Assembly (NCBI RefSeq): GCF_001194135.2
Contig: NC_068992.1
Location: 46,445,678 to 46,509,677 of the forward strand
Source: Octopus bimaculoides
Taxonomy: Eukaryota
DNA: 64,000 nucleotides
Direction: 5' to 3'
Under the pieces are notes generated by a model. That model was not told where the DNA came from, did not search any database, and saw nothing but the letters and a program-made list of their open reading frames with translations. Both the position numbers and the translations under genes were made by a program. Shown in pieces: positions 53,760 through 64,000 of this stretch (positions are counted from its first letter, which is position 1; every line of letters starts with the position of its first letter).

Positions 53760-55369
53760 AATGGAAACATCTAGCATNNNNNNNNNNNNNNNNNNNNNNN
53801 NNNNNNNNNNNNNNNTATATATATATCGATAGAAAGCTATAACGTCACGCAAAACATGTATTTATATGAACATACATACCCGTATGAACCTCAAATGTCT
53901 GTAGGTCTGTTTCTATCGCTTCTGAATTACTTTGGCGTCGAAAATATGCACAAGAAAATACAAATATGAAGGAACTTGTGATAAAAGAAAAACATTCTCC
54001 TTCTAAAACAAATTTAATTGATTACAACAAGTACTTAAGAAAATATTAAAAGCAAAATAAATCGATATTTATGAGACAAATAATCAGAAACAGTCGAAGT
54101 ATTTATGAAATTATTTTAAGATATAGAAGGATATTTTACACCGAAATATTCTATACATTCACAGTGATGACAAGGATCATGGAAATAATACGTGAAAAGT
54201 AGTGCACATTTGACCAGATCACGTACTCTACAGCAGCAATTCTGCCGCAAGTTTATAGAAAATCTTGACAAGATACAAGAATAAAATCAAAATACTTGGA
54301 ACATACGAAACAAAATAAGATTTATGAAACAGAGATTCAATAGTTGATAAAATCATAAATAATGCACAATAGAAGCAAGGAGAAAGATGGAATAAGCAAG
54401 AAAAGTAATACGTAGTACGAACACACAAACAAACGGAAAAAAAGCAAGTAAGAAATTATATTCTTTTGTTCGATTTTACGAAATTTTGTTGCGGTTAAAT
54501 ACCTAGTTGTATAAAAAAACCGCAAGAAAATCTTCCACTAATAGATTAAAAGATTTTTCTTCAAATATTTGTGCGTAAATATTTAATTATGCACATTTGC
54601 ATTTTACAAAATATTTGTAATTTAATGACAAAACATTGAAGTAAAAGTATTGTAAAACGACGATGTGTCACAGATATGAATTCGCTAAAAATAATGTGGC
54701 AACTTTAAAAAATAGTTTACTCATTAAGTAGATGAGTAATTANNNNNNNNNNNNNNNNNNNNNNNNNNNNNNNNNNNNNNNNNNNNNNNNNNNNNNNNNN
54801 NNNNNNNNNNNNNNNNNNNNNNNNNNNNNNNNNNNNNNNNNNNNNNNNNNNNNNNNNNNNNNNNNNNNNNNNNNNNNNNNNNNNNNNNNNNNNNNNNNNN
54901 NNNNNNNNNNNNNNNNNNNNNNNNNNNNNNNNNNNNNNNNNNNNNNNNNNNNNNNNNNNNNNNNNNNNNNNNNNNNNNNNNNNNNNNNNNNNNNNNNNNN
55001 NNNNNNNNNNNNNNNNNNNNNNNNNNNNNNNNNNNNNNNNTATATATATCCCTACACATTATTTCTCACTCAGTATTTTTCTTTTTCGTTCTCATTCCAT
55101 CTCTTTTTCCTCTCAATCCTCTCTGTCGTATTTGTTTTATGTTTCAGGAGGAAGATAATCTGTGTATGAGCTGCTACAGTACATTGGTGCCCGGAAGAAA
55201 GCAAAGCATATTTGTTTTGTTTTGCCTTCATGTTTTGATAATGTTATTTTTAATCTAATAAAAACTTTAATATTGACAAAATGTGTTTGTTGTTGATTGT
55301 AGTAAGATAAAAATCATAACAATAACAATACATCACAATGTTGTAAAAGAAGTATTTTGAAATTACACA

Positions 55370-56024
55370 CACGTCCATATTCAAGACAGTTCCCCAGATT
55401 GTTTTCACTATTATGCACAATTCACGCACTGATGCATCATCGGTCAGTGCCATTAATTTACGCTCTGTTACCTGATAAAAGCCAAACTATTTACACAAAT
55501 TTTCTGGAGCAGCTAAAATCATTGAAACCAGATTTAGTACCTAAATCTATCATGGTAGATTTTCTAAAGACCGTGATTAATAGGTTACATTTGGTATTTC
55601 CACAAGCCGAGATAATCGGTTGATTTTTTTTTTTTTCATTTTAGCCAAGAGGATAAAGTGCTTTCAGTCTGTATGAGAATGATAGCTGCTTTAAGCTTTT
55701 GTTCCTACTTGTGATATTGAAAAAACTTTTGAGATCATGTGTGAAATTCTCCCACCATAAACATATCCCTTGCAAGATTATTTTGAGGGTTCATACTTAG
55801 GACGATCATGTCCAAGAGGAAGACGGCGAGAATCAGTGTTTGGAATGGATCTGTGGAATATCTACAACAGAACGTCAGATGACCTTCCAAGAACAAACAA
55901 TGCTGTGGAAGGGTGGCACAAGAATTTTTTTTTATCAAATGCTGGTTGTTGCTACCCAAACACGTGGAAGTTTTTAAAACATATCAATAGAGAGCAAGCA
56001 TTACATCAAGTACTTGTGACTTAA
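55370..56024 (+). pseudogene. MULE (Mutator-like) transposase remnant
   Basis: FKTVP/RLFSLLCTIHAL...SVPLIYALLPDKSQTIY..FLEQLK...PKSIMVDF...VFPQAEIIG* and DYFEGSYLGR...FGMDLWNIYNRTSDDLPRTNNAVEGWH; frameshifts and stops between the blocks. Confidence 0.9.
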
Positions 56025-56124
56025 TCCTTGACGGGTTTTGCTAAATAGCCAACTAGAAAGAACAATTAATGCTATAGTTAACAATTATGAAATATAAATG
56101 TGATAAAATATTTGTTAGGAATAA

Positions 56125-56330
56125 GTCGGCAAGCTGGCAGAAACGTTAGCACGCTGGGCGAAATGCTACGCGGTATTTCGTCTGTCTTTACTTCATGTCA
56201 CGAGGTCGACTTTGCCTTTCATCCTATCGAGGTCGATAAATTAAGTACCAGAGTCGTACTGGAGTCGATCTAATCGACTAGCCCCCTCCCCTAAAATTTC
56301 TAACCTGGTGCCTAGAGTACAAAAGAATAT
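56125..56330 (+). mobile_element. SINE family A
   Basis: gtcggcaagctggcagaaacgttagcacgctgggcgaaatgc...gaggtcgactttgcctttcatcc...gtcgataaattaagtaccag...gtcgatctaatcgactagccccctccc...gtgcctagagtacaaaagaat. Confidence 0.9.
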
Positions 56331-56712
56331 TTCCGAGGAATCGCGTCTAATTTGGACTTTTAGATGATGATGTAAAACTTCTGATTTTTGTTAGAGAGGG
56401 GATTGTCATGGGTCAATTTTCTTTTTCCCCAACTCTTTCAAGACGCGCTCCACCATCTTGTTGAGTTGTATTCGATTAATTTAGATTAAACGACCACCGA
56501 ACTGTTTTGGCAGGCCGAATATAGCCCCTTTATGGGCCAAACAAATATAGAAAACCAGTGAGAGGTTCCCGGTGTTTCTATTGAGAATTTAAAGCAAAAT
56601 GAATAATGACATATGTCACCAAACTGGTGGAAGTACGTTTCTGAAACTGAACCAATCTGGAGCGTTTGAAAATACAAATGTTTTATGCACTCTGCAGTAA
56701 ATAATAATTGAG

Positions 56713-56771
<59 letters not shown>

Positions 56772-56772
<1 letters not shown>

Positions 56773-57294
56773 GAAAAGGTCACAGAAAACGAGAAAGCAA
56801 CCATACTCTGGGATATGCCAATACACACAGATAGAGAAATTAAGGCAAATAGACCAGATATAGTTGTCAAAGATCATGAAGAAAAAAAATGCTTTCTAAT
56901 TGATGTATCAATACCATCAGATGACAACGTTTCTCTAAAAGAAATGGAAAAACTTTCAAAATACAAAGACCTGGAAAGAGAGATAACTCGAATGTGGAAT
57001 CTAAAAACAGAAACAATTCCTATCATAGTAGGTGCCTTAGGTATAATAAAAAAATATTCAGACAAATACATAACAAAAATAGCAGGACTTACAAATATAT
57101 ATAACATACAGAAAATTGCACTACTGGGTACTGCACACATCCTACGCAAAACACTTTCAATACAGTAAACATAAGAGCACCACAGCAAACCACAGCACAT
57201 ACCCAAGGCGCACAGAGCTGCGCTCGGTAGTGAAGTGAAAGCACGTTATAAAAATAAAACTACTGAACAATAATAATAATAATAATAATAATAA
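56772..57294 (+). mobile_element. Dong/R4-like RLE LINE, 5'-truncated, between (AAT)n tracts
   Basis: Uninterrupted EKVTENEKATILWDMPIHTDREIKANRPDIVVKD...CFLIDVSIP...KEMEKLSKYKDL...IPIIVGALG...LLGTAHILRKTLSIQ* (stop at 57166-57168), about 100-nt 3' UTR with a gcgca/tgcgc stem-loop, then a (TAA)n tail. Confidence 0.92.
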
Positions 57295-57328
57295 CAACAA
57301 GAACAACATAAGAAGAAGAAGAAGAAGA

Positions 57329-57390
<62 letters not shown>

Positions 57391-58406
57391 ACGAAGAAGA
57401 AGTCTAAATACTGCTTAATTTTGTTTTGATTAAATCGAGTAATATAAGTTTTAGTGAAACGATTGAAAAACCTGGGTCTTGATTTCATGTAAAACTTAAA
57501 TACGATACATATGCGATTACAATGCGTGTCCAAGTATTACGACTTTAAATACCGGGCCTCTTACTCAAAGCTTTGAAATTTGTCCCCCTGATCACATCCT
57601 ACCTTTTGTTATAGCATAGGTAAATCCAAATTCTTTTGAGAATCTATTTATATTAAAAGGACGTGTTATCGCCAGTCAGAAGCTACTTTGTGTCCATCTG
57701 TGGCACTGTAGCATTATATAGATATGTATTTACATAAATATACATATACATATGTCGGTATTTATGTACGTTTGATTATATGTATTCAGGTATATGTATG
57801 TGTATGTCCGTATATATTATAATATATTAACAGAAAGTTGTATCGATCAAAGAGTATTGAATGTCGTAAGCCACTCAAGTTACAAGTGAATAGCAGGAAA
57901 ATATTGTAAATGGTATTACCAAAGATAAGAAAACTGAAAAACATTTGCTTACAACATTTAATCAAAAAGCTTTGAATATTCATAAGAATTCCATCCAGCT
58001 ACAGTTATAAACTCGCTGAGAAATATTGCTAAGTTTCATTTCATATTCCGACGTTCAATTATTTATTTTATCTTTGTATTTTTTTTTTGTTTTTTTTCTC
58101 CAAGAAAGAATAGTGACATAAATAATAAATAAATATAAAACGGAAAGTAAAATTAATTAAAAACAATAACAACAAACATTTCTTTTTCAGATTTCATCAA
58201 TATAAATAATTCTGATTTTTTGGGTTAATCTTTTTGTTATCTTAACCAGTTTTCCTCAAGACATTGTATGGTAAAATATTTACATATTCACATATAGATG
58301 TAGATAAGGATGCCATAAAAAGAGACATTCACATAGATACATAAGTATGTATGCATATATGTATGTACCTATCTATCTATCTATCTCTCTATACAAATGT
58401 ATACGT

Positions 58407-58463
<57 letters not shown>

Positions 58464-60287
58464 CACATATGTGACTATTGACCACGGAAAGTACCAGCAA
58501 TGCCAGTGCGCGATGTTATTGCAACCGCAGTTGGTTTATTCTGGTTCACTTCCGCAGTTTCCATACTCATCGTGTGGTACTATCCTACTCAGCTGAGCAT
58601 ATGGGAGTCACCTCGATGGCAATTGCACAATCTTGAATTTTAGGTCCAATACGGTTTACACACCATCTTACAGTTCCTCTCTATCCATACAGGACCCAGA
58701 TACAAACCAAGGCAAGCTATCCAGTGGATATCACTGTCTCAAATATATAGGGGGCCCATGCTCACATGCCCAACCGGATTTCGGAAATGTTTAATTCAAT
58801 TCCCTGCATATCCAGTCTCATATCAAAGTAGCCCTCTCCAAGTGACTTGGTTTAAGAAAACCTGATTGGATCCTTACTGCCAGTAGTCTTCCAGCACGCC
58901 AGACAGCAACCCGGAATTTCTGACAGCACATGCTACAGCAAGATAGTATTTGAACCTACACTAGGTTCATCCGTCCCGTGTCAACGTATCCTTTACGCCT
59001 ACCTTTATTTATCTGCAGTTTTTATTTCTTTATCTCCTCTGCAAAGATTATTTTCCTACCCGTTTTCGTACACCGGATCTTTTTGCCATGTATGAATGAG
59101 TTAGATATTATGTTTCGGATTTATATGAAAAATAGTTGTTGGCTATTTATGTACTGTGTATGTGTGCGTGTGTGATTGAGTATGTATATACGTGTGTGTA
59201 TAAATTGGGAAAAATGTTTTATATATAATTAGAAAAAGTATTGAAGGGAAGTAGGGAAGTAGAGAAAGTCTGATATATCCTAATAATCGTGTTTTACTAC
59301 ATGGTGTAGAAAATAATTAGTGGCTTGAACTTTGCCGTTTATTTGAAAAAGATAAAGATTACAAATTCCTACAAAATCCCTTTGTCGAAATCGAAGTAAT
59401 TTTTATAAATGTCCAAGGTGATTGCTAGAGATATGATCCAGTCTTAATCTAGCTCGTGAAAAATTTGAAAAAAATAATGTTTTCACTGTGCAGGATGATT
59501 TTAGAGTAGTTTTTGATAAAGAGTTTCATACTGAAACATACCCGTATATACCAGGCTTTTGGCACCCGAAAGTTATAATTCTACCGTTTGTGTGAAAATT
59601 TAGTGCTCTGTGGAATAATTAGTTGATATAGCTGAAATTACCGTCCCGATTCTCAGAGAGATGTCATTTGACAGGTATATGTTTTGATTCCCCCACTGAG
59701 AGACAAACTTCTAATGAAGAAATTCTACATGCATCATGCACTACATCAACTCCTACAAGGTGTCTCTATATATGTTGATAGTGTGTTTGTGTATATAGAT
59801 ATCGCAATATCTATATATCTTTCTCCCTATATAAGTGGATATATAAATATTGCAACCTAATATTCCTTAAGGTAGAATAGTGTAGATAATATTAAGAACA
59901 TATTTTCTTAGAAACACAAAATAGAAATATTATAGTGATAAAATATATTCAACATCTGGCATTTATTGGCTTTGTTATTTTGTCATTTTTAGCTACTGTG
60001 ATAAGACGAAAATAAAATGAATAATAATAACCCAAATATGAAATATTCTAAGTGGACAACATTTGTCAGCGAGATTATAACTGGAATTGGATGGAAGTCT
60101 TATGAATATTCAAAGCTCTTTTGATTAAGTGTTGTAGGAAAATGTTTTCTATATTCTTATCTTCAGTAAAGCCATTTACAATATTCTTCCACCAATTCCA
60201 TTGTAGCTGGAGAGGCCAACGACATGCGAGACATTAAGTTAAATGCCATTTTCTTGTAACAAATGAGTGTGTATGCGTGTGTGTGTA

Positions 60288-60495
60288 TTCTGTTACGTGT
60301 TCCAGTCATTTGACTGCCGCCATGATGGAGTATTGCCTTTAGTCGAACAAATCAACCCCACGACTTATTCTTTGTTAGCCTAGTATTTATTCTATCAGTT
60401 TCTTATGCCGAACCACTAGGAAAACGGGGACGTAAACATACCAGTATCGGTTGTCGAACGATGGTGAGGGCGACAAACACAGACACACAAACATA
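60288..60495 (-). mobile_element. SINE family B, 3' half
   Basis: ttccagtcatttgactgccgccatgatggag...tttagtcgaacaaatcaacccc...gccgaaccactagg...gacgtaaacataccagtatcggttgtc. Confidence 0.9.
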
Positions 60496-60780
60496 CATGC
60501 ACGCACACAGAAAGATGTAGTGGTTAAGTGTTAATATATATAATGGGAGCACTGAAAACTAATATTATAGAAGGCAATAAGTAACAAAAAAAATGCATGT
60601 AAAACAACAATAGAAGAATGAAAAGTGAATCGACCTAAAATGTGTGACACCAATTTATAATATTTGTAAAAAGTATATTATATCTTATGTATGTATATAC
60701 ATCTTGATTTTAGTTTCTTAAATGTATGCAAAAATATAGCCCAGTGTCCTTATTAAGGTATCAAATTATTTCATATTGAA

Positions 60781-60982
60781 GGCGGCGAACTCGCAGAATC
60801 GTTAACACACCAGGCAGAATAATTAGCGCCATTTCGTCCGTCTTTACGTTCCGAGTTCAATTTCCACTTTACATTTCATCCTTTCGAGATCGATAAAATA
60901 AGTACCAGTTGAACACTGGGGTCCATGTAATCGACTTACCACCTTCCCCTTAATTACTAGCCTTGTGCCATTATTTAAAATC
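60781..60982 (+). mobile_element. SINE family A
   Basis: ggcggcgaactcgcagaatcgttaacacacc...tttacgttccgagttcaattt...tcatcctttcgagatcgataaaataagtaccagttgaacactggggtccatgtaatcgactt...ccttgtgcc. Confidence 0.9.
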
Positions 60983-61538
60983 AAATTATTATGTATCATT
61001 TCTAAAAGAGAAATCTCTTATACATTGGGTGTAAAAACCGCTACTTCAAGATTTACACTAATGATATTCAGACGAGAATATAATGGTTGACGAATACATG
61101 ACTATTTAAAGTCAGCTAGAAGTTTTCATCTGATGATTCGTTTCGAGATCGCTGCTACCAAAGAGATGATTTGTCTTGCTGATATATTATCTACCTTTTT
61201 GAAAATCGGTATGTGTTGGAGTTTCATATTTATTTGAAGATCGATCTTCATGTTTTACTATTCTTTATCGCGAACTTCAATTAAATTTGTGTCATTATGC
61301 CAAATGTCTTTTGCATTTGCATAATGTAACCTTTACTGTATCTTTTAGCAATTCTCACTGCAAATTTTTGGCTGGTAATGTCCAATATTTTTATATTTAA
61401 ATCAAATCTGAATCATAAAACGAGACTTTGTATTCTTTTTTTCTTTTTCACATTTTTTGCTTTATATATATATTTGTGTGTTAGCTGTTCATTGTATATA
61501 AATCCTGTGTGTCTGTGTGTATACCCCCCTCTCTCTAC

Positions 61539-61580
<42 letters not shown>

Positions 61581-61902
61581 CTATCAGTCTATCTACCACA
61601 CACACACGCATATATATACAAGCAATTATGCGGGTAAACAAATAAAATATATCACCTTCGGTTCGATGTACACAATATGTACATATGTACACATGTAAAA
61701 CGACAGAAATCAGAGACTGAGGACTTGCTGACGATGAATATTTAAGTATAAATATATAGATGTTTATATAAATAGATCAAAGCTACAGAGAGTGCAAGCG
61801 GCTGAAAAAGTTAAAGTGAAGAGAGGAAGATGTTACAAGTCCAACAGCTCTTTCTGGGGACTCGGAGATCCATCATAACACCTTATTTCCATCCTTTTAA
61901 TA

Positions 61903-62066
61903 TCTGTCTTTACGTTCTGAGTTCAAATTCCGCCGAGGTCGACTTTGCCTTTCATCCTTATGACGTCCATAAATTACATACCAGTTGCGTACTCGGGTCA
62001 GGCTAATCGAGTAGCCCCCTCCCTAAAAATTATTTCCGGCCTTGTACCTAGAACAGAAAAGATTAA
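61903..62066 (+). mobile_element. SINE family A, 5'-truncated
   Basis: tctgtctttacgttctgagttcaaattccgccgaggtcgactttgcctttcatcc...gccccctccc...ggccttgtacctagaacagaaaag. Confidence 0.9.
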
Positions 62067-62354
62067 GTATCACACACACATACACGCACATATATATATG
62101 TGTGTGTGCGTGTGTGTGTGTATGTGTGTGTGATAGTATGTCAAAAATAGGATATTATAATGGTAAATTAAAATATGATATACTAAATACATTATAATAT
62201 AGGTGGCTGTAGCACTTAAAATGCAAAATGGCAAAATACATAGATAATGGTGCAAAATAGCACCTTAAATTGCTAGAAATAGTAGCTAAAAATATAATTC
62301 GAATAGCCGCGCAAAATCACCAACCTCATGACGTATACATACACACACATACAT

Positions 62355-62432
<78 letters not shown>

Positions 62433-62789
62433 GTTCATACATATGCACAAACACAAATCCATCGACACACGTATGCCTTGTTTATGTCTTTGTTTAATTA
62501 CCTCATTATCTTTTTTCTTCTCATTTGTAGTTTTAATGTCGACAACACAATTTCGTCTTAATCTACTATGACGTAATCGTATATTGCCAAGCATTCGCCA
62601 TTCAACGATCCATAATATAAAATTGGCATTCTGTGTCTTCTTCACTTCTAATAACAAACAATAATTAGTCCCATGGCCTTCACATTTACATTAATGTCAT
62701 ACTTTTATACAATATTTTGTCTTTGCTTTCTTCATCTACTGACTTGTAATCATATACCACCTACACCACTACCACTTAAACAATAACAG

Positions 62790-62818
62790 CAACATGAACT
62801 GTAGCAATAACAACAAGA

Positions 62819-62857
<39 letters not shown>

Positions 62858-63086
62858 GCTACTACTATATTTGCTGCAACCGCTTGCTGCTGTTGTGGTT
62901 ACTAGTACTACTACTGCTGCCTATGCTACTACTTGCTGTTGCCCCTCGTACAACTACACCTGCTACTCTACCACTCCACCCCATCCCCCTCCTTCTGCTA
63001 CTACTACTATTACTACTTCTACTGCTTTTACTACTTCTACTGCTATTACTACTACTACTTTATCTGCTTTTATTATTCTTATGATA

Positions 63087-63160
<74 letters not shown>
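62790..63160. repeat. Compound (AAC)(CTA)(CTG)(TTA)n microsatellite
   Basis: Direct observation; explains the poly-Y, poly-L and poly-I ORFs. Confidence 0.95.
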
Positions 63161-63697
63161 CTGTTTGTGTGTGTTTGTCTTAAGAAGCGATCTATTGCGT
63201 AGGATTGGCTGGAGAAGATATTAATCTGTCTGATTTTCAAACATTTTGTACTCTTTGACATTTTCAAGAAAACTTTTACCAAATTTTTGATGTCACATTA
63301 TATTATAGTGACTTTGAAAAGATGTTAGTTAGACTTTTCCGATGTCAAAACGGAATTGGTAACCCTGTAGCTATATTTTTAATTTCTCTAAAACTTACTT
63401 TTCTATTGTTTTTGTTTTATTTTTTTTGTTTTTGGCTAATTTTATATATTTTATTTTTTCTTTGAAATGTTATTTTACATTTCTTCTTTAGTCGTTCCTC
63501 ACAAGAATGATTGATTAGAAGAGTTGTTGATTTAAACTTTAAATTGCCTAAAGATATTGAAGTTTCATAGCAGTTCAATGGTTCTCATTCAAAGATATGC
63601 CAAAAATATAGCAATGTAAAATTATATCTGATCAAAACTAGTAACACCAAAAGAAATCGGTGAAAAGATAAATGCCTGTATTGCTCCATCTCGCCAG

Positions 63698-63770
63698 AGT
63701 GGGTGCTTCGACATTTGTTTCACGGTTCCGATTTCGTGCTGTGAAACGGATGTGAAAGAATTATCCCACT
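63698..63770 (+). other. Imperfect 73-nt hairpin in unique sequence (pre-miRNA-like shape)
   Basis: acatttgtttcacgg (63711-63725) pairs fully, with three G-U pairs, to ctgtgaaacggatgt (63739-63753); outer pairing ttc/gaa and agtggg/cccact. Confidence 0.3.
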
Positions 63771-64000
63771 GGACATGATAGTATTATGCCAAATATTAAT
63801 TTTCCCAGATGCTCGGCTGCTACATTTTGCTCGTGACATTTAGATGTACAGGAGCAATGTCGAATATAGTGTTATTTCCAGAATAATTATATAGCTGCTG
63901 AAAGGGATTCAAATGGAAAAAAAAAATCATAAGTAGTTTAATAGGCTATCTGTTTAAAAAGTTCCATCAACTAATTTGGCTACAATATTCATATTATTAT

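Noticed and set aside
59494-59595. Exon candidate DDFRVVFDKEFHTETYPYIPGFWHPKVIILPFV*
   Set aside because: Protein-like but isolated; I cannot link it or assign homology without a search.

Overview
AT-rich, microsatellite-dense animal genomic DNA with 14 N gaps, most flanked by (TA)n. The repeat families match what I recall from Octopus (coleoid cephalopod) genomes; that assignment is inference from memory, not a search. No long intact gene is present, and almost all ORFs in the supplied track are translated microsatellites or run across gaps. Supported content: (1) at least four tRNA-derived SINE families in about 15 whole or partial copies; (2) decayed LINE fragments of five kinds: Dong/R4-like RLE elements in (TAA)n, a second RLE family, CR1, RTE and Tx1/L1; (3) an internally deleted mariner, a broken MULE transposase and several MITE-like inverted repeats; (4) two long inverted-repeat elements (18769-19448 and 28414-28701) carrying three different minimal type I hammerhead ribozyme motifs, as expected for Penelope-like pLTR or retrozyme-type elements; (5) a tentative chain of short + strand exons (30274-44468) that would encode a C-terminus ending in the PDZ-binding-type motif ETLV. 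The hammerhead elements are the strongest unexpected signal. The exon chain is plausible but unproven.
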